From Candidatus Eiseniibacteriota bacterium (GTDB lineage Bacteria > Eisenbacteria > RBG-16-71-46 > DASYSL01), in the NCBI GenBank assembly GCA_050733935.1, contig JBOHUC010000176.1:1869-65868 (forward strand): 64,000 nt of DNA, read 5' to 3'. Under the pieces are notes generated by a model. It saw only the letters and a list, made by a program, of their open reading frames with translations, was not told the DNA's origin and made no database searches. Below, piece after piece: positions 1 to 8,110 of this stretch. Within the stretch, counting starts at the first letter, position 1, and each line of letters opens with the position of its first letter. The position numbers were made by a program, and so were the translations under genes.

Positions 1-33
1 AGCGGCCGCAACCGCGGCTCCGAACGCATTCAT
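1..33 (-). CDS. 5' end of an unidentified CDS running off the left edge (partial)
   Basis: ATG at 33-31 on the minus strand, preceded by GGCAGGAGG about 6 nt upstream. Only 11 codons (MNAFGAAVAAA) are visible, so the product is unknown. Confidence 0.3.
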   Translation of the reverse strand, partial: MNAFGAAVAAA

Positions 34-518
34 CTTCGACCTCCTGCCGAAAGGCGCGTGCCGGAGAGCCCTGACCGCACGGCCTTGGTGCCGAAACCGT
101 TCCCTTCGACGTAGAATGCCGCCGGCCCGTCGGTGCGCCGGTGCGCTGCGGGAATGAACTCCCCTGCTTGGTCACACGAGAGCGGTGGATCGTTACGATG
201 AAATCGAGCCGAGGTCGGTGTTCCTTCCTAAATCGCCCCACGACGCGGCCACCGTAGTAGCCGCGTATGGGCCGCGGACAAGACTCAGGGCATGCAAGCA
301 GTGAGGGGGCTGCCAGCAACATGAGGGTGGGAACATGAAGCGGCGTGGTCATGGTCCGAGGCGTCCTTCCGGCGCTGGAGCGAAAGACCGGCATCCGTGT
401 GCGCGCATCATTCGGCGCTGAGCGTGCGCATCGAGACCGGGTGCCGGCCTGCTCTCCCGAAATAGTTGCGGTCGGATCTGGGGCAGATCCATGTTCGTCA
501 GGTGGTGCCCAAGTTCGT

Positions 519-911
519 TCACCTCTTCGGGATCAGCGGGCACTCGAAGCGGCGGACGACGGGGCCGATCGTGATCTCGCCCCGACTCGCCGCGGCGAGC
601 AGGTCGTCCGCGTTCGTGAACTGGACGGGCGCAATCGTCACGAAGGTAACCTCCCTCACGGCCCAACGGCCACCGCGATAGCCGGGGCTGCCAGGCCCCG
701 CGTCCGAGACGGCCGACAGGCTGCCGCCGAGCTGGTAGAGGTCGTTGAACGGACCGCGCTCGGGCAGCTCCGTCGGCGTCCCGACGGTCGCGAAGAGCCG
801 GTCGTCGGCATAGATCATCCCGCCCGGCGGACCGACCTGCGCCGACACCGGCAACGCGGCGAGGATGAGGAGCAGGAATCCTGCGGCGAGGGCATGGAAA
901 GTCCGACACAT
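519..911 (-). CDS. small secreted protein, unknown function
   Basis: 130-aa ORF with a signal-peptide-like N-terminus (LAAGFLLLILAALPVSAQV). No domain recognised. Confidence 0.5.
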   Translation of the reverse strand: MCRTFHALAAGFLLLILAALPVSAQVGPPGGMIYADDRLFATVGTPTELPERGPFNDLYQLGGSLSAVSDAGPGSPGYRGGRWAVREVTFVTIAPVQFTNADDLLAAASRGEITIGPVVRRFECPLIPKR

Positions 912-1009
912 TCTGGCATCCTCCTTCGTAGGATGTTCGCGGCAGCGCGCGTCCCGCGGTAGTACGGGGCGCTCCTCCGCCGATCCCCATACGGAGAACC
1001 GGCCGCACG

Positions 1010-1633
1010 GTGACTACCCCCCGCGACGTGACACATCCGGGTTCCTCCCTCGTAGGGAGTTCGCGGCGTCCACCCTTGGAACGCAGCCTGCGTGAGGGCG
1101 TGCGCGCGCGGGATCGTGTGGCGCTCTCCGCCTTCTACGAGCGCTACTTCGAGGAGGTCTACGCGTTGACATTTCGGCTCCTCGGCGTCCGCGAAGCCGC
1201 CGAGGACGTCACCCAGGACGTGTTCGTCAAGGTCCATCGTGCGGCTGACCGGCTGGACGCCGCGCGCGACCCCATGCCCTGGCTCGCGTCGATCGTGTGG
1301 AACTCCTGTCGCGACCATTGGCGTTCGGCACCACAACGGATGCAACGGCGCAGCGCCGACGTCACCGCGCCCGGCGTTGCCGCTGTCCTCGCCGCCGACG
1401 GGAGCGATCCGGCACAGGAGTTCCAGCAGGCGGAGCGCGAGCGGATCGTTCAGGGCGCGCTCTGCGAGCTCCCCGAGAGCCTGCGCGCGGTCGTCGTCCT
1501 TCATGACTTCGCAGGGCTCGACCTGAGCGAGGTCGCAGGCGCGATGGGCGTGAGCCACGCGGCCGCACGGAAGCGGCACTCGCGGGCCCTCGACCGTCTC
1601 GGCGAGCTCCTTCGCGTGAGGCTGGAATCATGA
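1010..1633 (+). CDS. ECF-type RNA polymerase sigma-70 family factor
   Basis: Region 2-like FYERYFEEVYALTFRLLG...DVTQDVFVKVHR and region 4-like LPESLRAVVVLHDFAGLDLSEVAGAMGVSHAAARKRHSRAL. The GTG start at 1010 is uncertain. The stop overlaps the next gene's ATG (ATGA at 1630-1633). Confidence 0.85.
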   Translation: MTTPRDVTHPGSSLVGSSRRPPLERSLREGVRARDRVALSAFYERYFEEVYALTFRLLGVREAAEDVTQDVFVKVHRAADRLDAARDPMPWLASIVWNSCRDHWRSAPQRMQRRSADVTAPGVAAVLAADGSDPAQEFQQAERERIVQGALCELPESLRAVVVLHDFAGLDLSEVAGAMGVSHAAARKRHSRALDRLGELLRVRLES

Positions 1634-2424
1634 GCGGCCCTCGTCCGGACGTGCGCGAGCAGGCCCGCGCCGCGATCCGAGGCCTGTCGTCCCCGGCCGC
1701 CGATCCGGGATTCCGTGAGCGTCTGGGACAACAATTCGCCGAGGGCGACCTGCCCCTGGCGGAGCAACCGCGCGCAGCGCGCCTCCGACCGTGGCTGGCC
1801 GCGGCGGCTGTCGTGCTCGGAGTCTTCGCCACCTTCCTCCTCTTCACGGAACACGGTCCGAGCTGGCAGGTCGCGAACCGGCGGGCCGAGGGGACGGTGG
1901 AAGTCGACGGCGTCGTGGTCCCACATTCGCAGCTCGCGGAGCGGGCGCTCCGCCCGGGCACGCGAATCCGCGTCCTCGCGGCGCCGGACCTCGAACTCGT
2001 GCTTCCGGGAACGGTCGCGCTCCAGATCACGCCCGGAACCGAGATGACGCTTCCGGGCCTCCCGCGCTCGCTCGGTCGGCGGGGCGTGGTGTCCGAATTC
2101 GTCTCCGGCGAGGCGCGGGTCACGAGCGGGGCCGGATTTGCGGGCGCGCGTTTCCGGTTCCGCACGCCGGAGGCACACGTCGAGGTGACCGGGACGACAC
2201 TCGCGGTGATCCGCGATTCCGTCGCGACATGCGTCTGCGTCTTCGAGGGTACGGTCCGCATGGGCCTTTCGCCCGACGCTCTCACGCCGGTTGCGGCGGG
2301 ATCTCGCCGGTCCATCTACCGCGACGGCCGGCCCCCGTTCACAGAGGAGATCCGACCGATGGAGCGCATGAAACTCGACATGCTGCGAGATCGGGGCGTG
2401 GAGCTCATGGGACCCATCGAATAG
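1630..2424 (+). CDS. FecR-like anti-sigma factor (single-pass membrane protein)
   Basis: Translationally coupled to the sigma factor. One TM segment (LAAAAVVLGVFATFLLF). The beta-rich C-terminal part has a FecR-like pattern (HVEVTGTTLAVIRD...CVCVFEGTVRM). Confidence 0.7.
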   Translation: MSGPRPDVREQARAAIRGLSSPAADPGFRERLGQQFAEGDLPLAEQPRAARLRPWLAAAAVVLGVFATFLLFTEHGPSWQVANRRAEGTVEVDGVVVPHSQLAERALRPGTRIRVLAAPDLELVLPGTVALQITPGTEMTLPGLPRSLGRRGVVSEFVSGEARVTSGAGFAGARFRFRTPEAHVEVTGTTLAVIRDSVATCVCVFEGTVRMGLSPDALTPVAAGSRRSIYRDGRPPFTEEIRPMERMKLDMLRDRGVELMGPIE

Positions 2425-2485
2425 ACGGTTGTCGGCGGCTCGCCGACGAGGAAGGAGTCAGGGGGGCAAAGCTGGATCCTTGGAA

Positions 2486-2896
2486 CTAACTTGATGGCGG
2501 ATGTTGGAAGTACACGCGGCGCGTCATGGGGGCGAGCAGCAGGAGAACAACGACAGAGTTGATGCCCACCGACAACCAGGCTTGCGTAACTCCGACCGAG
2601 ACTTCCCAAAGACTTCCAAGAATTCCGACGGAGTAGGCAGCGGTGGCGGCGCGCCAAGCCCACGGACGCCGCTGGAGGGAAGACCAGGCCAGTGCCGCAA
2701 GAAAGGCCGCAAGGCTGCCCAAGAACACGGCCAGCCAGGGCCCAAGGACTTCGACCATCAGTCGACCGCCAGGGGTCCGAGCCAGGGCACCTGCCGGCCC
2801 GCCGGCGAGAAGATAGGTCGTCATCCCGACGAGAACGATGCTTCCAAGTGCGTGGATGACGGTCAGAATTCGAACGAACCACGTACCCATTCTCAT
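2486..2896 (-). CDS. integral membrane protein, unknown function
   Basis: Four hydrophobic segments follow MRMGTWFVRILTVIHALG. I start the gene at the internal ATG at 2896, because the longer ORF adds an Arg-rich non-protein-like extension. Confidence 0.5.
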   Translation of the reverse strand: MRMGTWFVRILTVIHALGSIVLVGMTTYLLAGGPAGALARTPGGRLMVEVLGPWLAVFLGSLAAFLAALAWSSLQRRPWAWRAATAAYSVGILGSLWEVSVGVTQAWLSVGINSVVVLLLLAPMTRRVYFQHPPSS

Positions 2897-2993
2897 ACGC
2901 CCTTCGCGGCTCTGGTGGTCATACGGGTGACGATTGGGTGACCCTTGAGAGTCCCGATCAGGCCTCTCCTGTCCCTTCCTGGCCTCGGAAAAC

Positions 2994-3056
2994 GAACGCC
3001 CCAATCGGCGTAACCGATTAGGGCGCTTGTCCGCCAACGACTTCCCGGCTGCGACG
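2994..3056 (+). repeat. 63-bp repeat, copy 1, containing an 11-bp-stem hairpin (one stem mismatch)
   Basis: 58/63 identical to 6323-6385 in the same orientation by manual alignment. Core is GCCCCAATCGG-cgtaa-CCGATTAGGGC. Confidence 0.85.
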
Positions 3057-3319
3057 GCGACTAGTGGCGGAGACTTTCGAGACCGCCCGATTCAACCACT
3101 CTCGCACCTCTCCGAGCCCGCATTTGTAACGGTTTACGGGGGTCTTCGCAAGACCCATGAGGCAACAACGCCGCCGGCACGAGCGCCGGCTCGGCGCAAA
3201 GCCCGCATCGCGGCCGGCTGTGCCATCCCGAGTGGCAGACTGTTACGATGGCGGGCCCAGGTGACTGGAGCTGAGCCGAGGCGAGAGATTCTTGCCTGGA
3301 TGTTCGATGGCGAAATCCC

Positions 3320-4348
3320 ATGATGAGTGACGACTTTCACAACATCGTCGCCTCCCTGGCGGCTGCGCACGGTTTTTCCGGCGCCGTACAGGTGACGCTC
3401 GATCGCTCCGCGGTCCTCGCGGAGGCGTTCGGAGAGGCGGATCGTTCGGCCGGGATCCGTAATACGGTCGAGACGCGCTTCGGAATCGCATCGGGGACGA
3501 AATTTGCCACCGCGCTTGCCGCCGGCGCGCTGATCGATGACGGCGTCCTCGCACTCGAGGACAGGCTCGTCGATGTCATATCGACGCCGCTTCCGGGCGT
3601 TTCGGCGGCCGTGACGATCGGGCACCTGCTGACGCACACCTCGGGTGTCTACGACTACCTCGACGAGGACGTGATCGGGGATACAGACCAGTTCAAGCTT
3701 CCGATCTCGCCATCCACGTTGCTCACGCCGCGCGACTACCTTCCGATGCTTCTCGCCGGGCCGGCCAAATTCGAGCCCGGCACGCGGTTCTCCTACTCGA
3801 ACGGCGGCTACGTGCTGCTCGGACTCGCGCTCGAAGATGTCGCCGGATCTTCGTTTCACACGCTGGTCGAGGAGCGCGTGCTCCGCCCTTGTCGGATGGC
3901 GGACTCCGGTTTCTTTCGATTCGATCGACTTCCGCCCCGCACCGCGAACGGCTATGTCGAGATCGGGAATGGCAACTGGCGCACCAACGTCGACTCGCTG
4001 CCGATCATCGGGGGCCCCGATGGAGGGATGTTCGCCACGGTCGGGGACATCGATCGGCTCTGGCGCGGCTTCTTCGCCGCCGAGGTGCTCTCCCCTGAGC
4101 TGACCTCCGTGTTCATGGGGAAGGCCGCGACCGACGCCACAAAGCCGCACTCCCTTTACGGTCACGGCCATTGGATCCACGATGACGGCATCCGGCCGCT
4201 GCACTACATCGTCGGACAGGACGCGGGCGTATCCTTCCGCTCGAACGCCTACGCGAACGGCACGATCGCGACGGTCGTGTCCAACACATCCAGAGGTGCC
4301 TGGCCGATGATCCGCTCGATCGACTCCTGGATCCACTCAAGAACCTGA
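3320..4348 (+). CDS. serine hydrolase of the beta-lactamase / PBP4-esterase family (class C-like fold)
   Basis: SxxK motif (ASGTKF) and a YxN-like motif (YSNGGY). Length of about 340 aa and overall pattern are typical of PF00144-type proteins. Confidence 0.8.
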   Translation: MMSDDFHNIVASLAAAHGFSGAVQVTLDRSAVLAEAFGEADRSAGIRNTVETRFGIASGTKFATALAAGALIDDGVLALEDRLVDVISTPLPGVSAAVTIGHLLTHTSGVYDYLDEDVIGDTDQFKLPISPSTLLTPRDYLPMLLAGPAKFEPGTRFSYSNGGYVLLGLALEDVAGSSFHTLVEERVLRPCRMADSGFFRFDRLPPRTANGYVEIGNGNWRTNVDSLPIIGGPDGGMFATVGDIDRLWRGFFAAEVLSPELTSVFMGKAATDATKPHSLYGHGHWIHDDGIRPLHYIVGQDAGVSFRSNAYANGTIATVVSNTSRGAWPMIRSIDSWIHSRT

Positions 4349-4388
4349 GGAGCACACCCGCTGGCTCAGCGATTCGGCACGATCGCGC

Positions 4389-5072
4389 TCAGTTGCTGCT
4401 CGAGACGCGCCAACGCGACGCGCGCCGCCTCGACCACGCGCCGGAAGCGCTTGCCAATTGATAGCCCGCGCTGCTGAGTGCCGCCGCAAGCACCGCCGGC
4501 GTCGGTCGGGCCCGCCCGGTCAGGTGCAACGTTGCCGACTCGCGATCGAAGTCGGCTTTGGCCGACTCGACCCCGGGAACTGAACGGAGCGCGGACTCGA
4601 CGGACGCCTCGCATCCGGAGCAGGTCATGCCGTGGACTCCGATCGTGAGAACCGAGTCGGCGGATCCGACCTGACTCGAGCCCGACGAGGCGAGCGCGGA
4701 GAGGCGGCCAACGTAGTTCGGAAACGCCGCGAGGAGCAGCACGCAGACGCCCGCGATCCCGAGCACGACTCGGTTGAATCGGCGAAGGCCCGGGCGCGGC
4801 TTGGGACACGTGCCATCGGGGCCACAGGCCTCGGCGCGGCGTTCGTTCAGGTAGAGGCCGAGTGCGAGGAATGCGAGGGCTGCCACAAGAAAGGGCCAGC
4901 GAAAGCGCTCGAGCGCGACCGCCGCCCCACCCGCCGAGAATCCCAGTGCGATCGCCAGCAGTGGAATCCAGCAACACGCCGAGAACACCGCGGCGGCCAT
5001 GACGGCGCTCGCGCCCGTCCACAGGCTCGATTTCAGGGTGCAGCCCTCGATCGCAGCGCCGTCTCGATCCAA
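4389..5072 (-). CDS. MerT-like metal transporter fused to a C-terminal HMA (MerP-like) domain
   Basis: Paired Cys in the first TM (AVFSACCWIPLLAIALGFS) as in MerT. A second CGPDGTC motif is present. The C-terminal heavy-metal-associated motif is GMTCSGCEASVESAL. The start is uncertain (5072 or the ATG at 5000). Confidence 0.7.
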   Translation of the reverse strand: MDRDGAAIEGCTLKSSLWTGASAVMAAAVFSACCWIPLLAIALGFSAGGAAVALERFRWPFLVAALAFLALGLYLNERRAEACGPDGTCPKPRPGLRRFNRVVLGIAGVCVLLLAAFPNYVGRLSALASSGSSQVGSADSVLTIGVHGMTCSGCEASVESALRSVPGVESAKADFDRESATLHLTGRARPTPAVLAAALSSAGYQLASASGAWSRRRASRWRVSSSN

Positions 5073-5338
5073 ACGCGCGGCGGGACGCCCGAGTGGCCGT
5101 ACACGCGGCAGCTCATGGCGTAATCAGTGCGGTTCCCGGCGTCCGGCTCGACGTCCCAGCCATTGACCCGAATCGTTGGTGAGCCAAGAAAGCCGAGGCG
5201 CACAGCCGCTTCCGGATTGGGGACTTCAATTTCCTGCACGGGGAGTTGCAGGCCGAGGTCGCGAACCACTTCACGAACCAGATCGACGGCGGCACCGTGA
5301 TTCGGGCAGCCGGCAAAGTAGAGGACATCGATTTGCAT
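5033..5338 (-). CDS. small thioredoxin-fold protein with GCPN motif
   Basis: MQIDVLYFAGCPNHGAAVDL. From memory, this type is often found next to mer genes. The ATG at 5338 lies 9 nt after the upstream stop. Confidence 0.6.
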   Translation of the reverse strand: MQIDVLYFAGCPNHGAAVDLVREVVRDLGLQLPVQEIEVPNPEAAVRLGFLGSPTIRVNGWDVEPDAGNRTDYAMSCRVYGHSGVPPRVWIETALRSRAAP

Positions 5339-5346
5339 TCGACCAA

Positions 5347-5802
5347 TCAGTTCAGAAAGCGCGCCGGGTCGTTCCGAAGCTTGTCGGCGCAGGTTTCGCA
5401 GCAGGTGACGTAGTCGTTTGCGGCCACCTGTACGTGCGGCCGATCCACATCCGAGGCGAAAACCACGCCGCTGACCGGACACTGGGTGAGTTGCCCGGTC
5501 TCAACGCCCGGCTGCGGCGTGAGGTCCTTCGGGTCGTATTTGACCTTGGTCGCGCAGGAGAAACGACAGCCGGCCATCGCGACATCGAACCGGCCGGACG
5601 GCCTTCCCGTCTGCGCCGCCGTCGATTGCGCTTTCGAAGGGTCCTCGCAGGCGGCGCCTGCGACCGAATTCGATGAAGTCGAACAGAACATCGAGCTGAT
5701 TCCACCCGAAGCCCAGACCGTGTAGCCGCCGGCTGCAGCCAGCGCCAGAATGCCGAATCCAATCAGCGTGCGTCGCATTGTTCGTCCTCCGTTCCCTCTC
5801 AC
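5347..5802 (-). CDS. YHS/TRASH-domain metal-binding secreted or lipoprotein
   Basis: Signal-like N-terminus (MRRTLIGFGILALAAAGG). The C-terminal CPVSG...YVTCCETCADKLRNDPARF matches the YHS-domain cysteine pattern. The start may be 5802 or 5778. Confidence 0.6.
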   Translation of the reverse strand: MRGNGGRTMRRTLIGFGILALAAAGGYTVWASGGISSMFCSTSSNSVAGAACEDPSKAQSTAAQTGRPSGRFDVAMAGCRFSCATKVKYDPKDLTPQPGVETGQLTQCPVSGVVFASDVDRPHVQVAANDYVTCCETCADKLRNDPARFLN

Positions 5803-5842
5803 GGGCCACCCGGAACGCTACACCCTGAACCTTGGTGCAAGG

Positions 5843-6271
5843 TCAAGAGGGTGATTTTGACCGCCGGGCCGGGCGCGAAAGACGCTCCACCACGGGGCAG
5901 CAATCCTTGGGGTTGGCCTTCTCGCAGACGCGGTGGAACCCGAGCAGCGCGCGCTCGACATGCCGCAGCTTCCGGAGCTGATCGCGGACCGCGGCGAGCC
6001 TTGCGTCGATGGTCTCCCGGACGTCGGCGCACGGGGCGGTGCGGCCATCCGGCAGGGCGAGCATCGAGCGAATGTCATCGAGATCGAAGCCTGCAGATTG
6101 CGCGGCCCGGATGAAGGCCAGCCGACTCACCGCGTCCGGTCCGTAGTAGCGGTAGTTCCCGGAGGTCCGGCCCTTCGGCCGCAATAAGCCGATTCGCTCA
6201 TAGAAGCGGATGGCGGAGTCGCGCACTCCGCTGCTCCTGGCGAGCTCTCCGATGGTCAGGCGATCGTTCAC
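5843..6271 (-). CDS. merR: MerR-family metal-responsive regulator with Hg(II)-type cysteine triad
   Basis: The HTH is LTIGELARSSGVRDSAIRFYERIGLL. Three Cys are spaced 35 and 9 residues apart (APC...RVCEKANPKDCC), the same spacing as C82/C117/C126 of Tn501 MerR. GTG start at 6271; the upstream ORF extension looks non-coding. Confidence 0.85.
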   Translation of the reverse strand: MNDRLTIGELARSSGVRDSAIRFYERIGLLRPKGRTSGNYRYYGPDAVSRLAFIRAAQSAGFDLDDIRSMLALPDGRTAPCADVRETIDARLAAVRDQLRKLRHVERALLGFHRVCEKANPKDCCPVVERLSRPARRSKSPS

Positions 6272-6290
6272 GGCACGAGGATGCGCGACT

Positions 6291-6306
6291 TTGAAGTTCA
6301 CTTCAA
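6291..6306 (-). promoter_or_regulatory. candidate MerR operator (perfect 7-2-7 palindrome)
   Basis: TTGAAGT-tc-ACTTCAA lies 20-35 nt upstream of the merR GTG. The style resembles MerR/SoxR-family dyads. No clear -10/-35 is identified. Confidence 0.3.
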
Positions 6307-6322
6307 GCTTGAGTCCGCGGAT

Positions 6323-6385
6323 GAACGCCCCAATCGGCGTAACCGATTGGGGCGCTTGTCTGCCGACGAATTCCCGGCTGTGACG
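6323..6385 (+). repeat. 63-bp repeat, copy 2, containing a perfect 11-bp-stem hairpin
   Basis: GCCCCAATCGG (6327-6337), loop cgtaa, CCGATTGGGGC (6343-6353). 58/63 identical to 2994-3056. Confidence 0.85.
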
Positions 6386-6495
6386 AGCAGGTGCTGCGGC
6401 GAAGTGGTTAGCCGTTTCGGTCGCGTTTGGCGCTCTCACATTGTGACAGTCGCCGCGAAGGCCGATTTCCAGGTTGCGGACGAAAGGAGCTTCCC

Positions 6496-8040
6496 ATGCA
6501 CCGCCATTGTTCAGTGCCCATTCCTTTGGTCCTCCTCTTCTCCAGCGTCGCGGTTTCGGCGGCTTCGGCCGGCACCATCACGTGGAGCGGGCCTCACTCC
6601 CCATGCGGTGCCACCCTCCAGGCATGCATCGACGCGGCCTCGCCGGGCGATGTCATCGAGGTCGCCACCAACGTTCCGATCTATGAGGACCTCACCATCG
6701 ACAAGAGCCTCGTTCTCACTGCGGCCCTTGGGTTCTCGCCAGTTCTCGGCGATCCCCACTTCGTCATCCTGTCGAACCCCGACCCGCTCGCCAACCAGAT
6801 CCGATTCGAGTACTTCACCGTGACGCGGGGATTCGTGTACGCATTGCAGACCTCGGGTGGGACCTTCGATGTGGGGATCCAATACCTGACGATTCAAAAT
6901 GCCTTCGACGGCCGTCCCGAGATCCAGGTCGGAACGGGCTCACCCGGTAGCTTCGGACGAGTCCAGGCCGGCATCGTAGGAAACCGCCTCACGATTCCTC
7001 CCAATAGCCAATCCTTTGGCGCTTCCGCCATCGTGCTCGAGGGGGGGCACGCGGCGTCGCTTTCGGGACTCATCCAGGGCAACCGCATCGACCACTTCGA
7101 CGGCGGTCAGGAAGGGGCGATCGGGGTCTTCAATCTCGACGCCGCTCTGGACGTCACCGTGGTTGCCAACGAGATCAGAGGCTCCGACTACAACGAAGGC
7201 GTCAAACTATTCCAATTTGGAAACGGATCTTCGAATGTTCGGTTCCTCGACAATTTGGTCGTCGGGCAAACCAACGAGTCAGGCGGCCCGGCTTCCTACG
7301 GCGTCAGTATCAGCAGCGGAAGCGCTACCTTCGAGATCGTGAACAACACCGCCGCTGATGGTGACAATGGGATCGGGGTCAGCGGACGTGACGACCTCGG
7401 AGCTTCCTGGAGCGGGGTCGTGGCCAACAACATCGTCTCTGGCATGACCGCGCTCGGGATCAGCATCGCGCAGCCCGAACTCACGTCGGGCGTGGTCGAG
7501 AACGATCACAACCTCGTGTTCGATGTGGGGTTCAACGGCTTCACCCCGGGTCCGGGGACGCTTTTCCAAGACCCTCTCTTCATCGGTGGGGGGAACTACC
7601 GGCTCACCGATCCCTCGCCTGCCCGCAATGCGGGGAGCGACGCCCGCGTACCCAGCGATCTGACGACCGACCTCGATGTCAATCCGCGCATGGTCGGGCG
7701 CGTGGACATGGGGGCCTACGAGTCTTCGTCGCTCGTCGCGGCTCTGCCGGCCTCATACCAGCAGTATCGCCTGCACCCGAACGCCCCGAATCCGTTCCAG
7801 TTGTCCACCACGATCCGCTACGAGTTGCCGCGCCCCGAATACGTACGGTTGGGCGTATTCGACGCACGCGGCCGCCTCGTGCGGTGGTTGGTCTCCGGCG
7901 CGTTCCAAGAGTCGGGACTCCAGGTGGCGAACTGGGATGGACGGGGCGAGCATGGCCGGCCAATGGCTTCCGGGATCTACTTCTACCGGCTCGAGGCAGG
8001 CCGCTTCCTCGACACACGCCGAATGGTGCTCCTGCAATGA
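6496..8040 (+). CDS. secreted right-handed beta-helix repeat protein with FlgD-Ig/T9SS-type C-terminal domain
   Basis: AGGAG RBS 8 nt before the ATG at 6496 and a signal peptide. Periodic N-x-I/V-x-G rungs (IVGNRL, IQGNRI, VVANEI, IVNNTA, VANNIV). C-terminal PNPFQLSTTIRYELP...GVFDARGRLVRWL...GIYFYRLEAG. Confidence 0.8.
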   Translation: MHRHCSVPIPLVLLFSSVAVSAASAGTITWSGPHSPCGATLQACIDAASPGDVIEVATNVPIYEDLTIDKSLVLTAALGFSPVLGDPHFVILSNPDPLANQIRFEYFTVTRGFVYALQTSGGTFDVGIQYLTIQNAFDGRPEIQVGTGSPGSFGRVQAGIVGNRLTIPPNSQSFGASAIVLEGGHAASLSGLIQGNRIDHFDGGQEGAIGVFNLDAALDVTVVANEIRGSDYNEGVKLFQFGNGSSNVRFLDNLVVGQTNESGGPASYGVSISSGSATFEIVNNTAADGDNGIGVSGRDDLGASWSGVVANNIVSGMTALGISIAQPELTSGVVENDHNLVFDVGFNGFTPGPGTLFQDPLFIGGGNYRLTDPSPARNAGSDARVPSDLTTDLDVNPRMVGRVDMGAYESSSLVAALPASYQQYRLHPNAPNPFQLSTTIRYELPRPEYVRLGVFDARGRLVRWLVSGAFQESGLQVANWDGRGEHGRPMASGIYFYRLEAGRFLDTRRMVLLQ

Positions 8041-8058
8041 TCAGGGTCAGCCCGTTAA

Positions 8059-8088
8059 GGCGCGGCCACCCTGCCGGATGGCCGCGCC
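8059..8088. terminator. GC-rich hairpin between convergent genes (possible bidirectional terminator)
   Basis: GGCGCGGCCA-10 nt loop-TGGCCGCGCC. No U-tract on either strand. Confidence 0.35.
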
Positions 8089-8110
8089 GGATGACATCGA
8101 TCCCGACTTG

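Noticed and set aside
1-319. Minus-strand ORF starting MLLAAPSLLAC (lipobox-like) and running off the left edge.
   Set aside because: The remainder is strongly Arg-rich (RGYYGGRVVGRFRKEHRPRLD...). Its third-position GC is clearly lower than in the confident genes. It would also read through the strong RBS/ATG at 33 in another frame.
34-340. Possible cobalamin, glycine or other riboswitch in the long leader of the left-edge gene.
   Set aside because: The minus-strand sequence has superficial pieces (GAAGGGAAC, GGTCAGGGCTCTCCGGC). It lacks the conserved B12 core (GGGAA..GGTG.AA..CC...GCCACTG) and the cores of TPP, SAM and glycine classes that I can recall. A by-eye match is insufficient.
3320-4348. 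Idea that the beta-lactamase-family gene is the target of the BlaI/BlaR1-like pair.
   Set aside because: The two loci are 30 kb apart. The BlaR1 homologue lacks a penicillin-binding sensor. No copy of the blaI-promoter palindrome is seen upstream of 3320. PF00144-type proteins are frequently esterases or peptidases rather than beta-lactamases.
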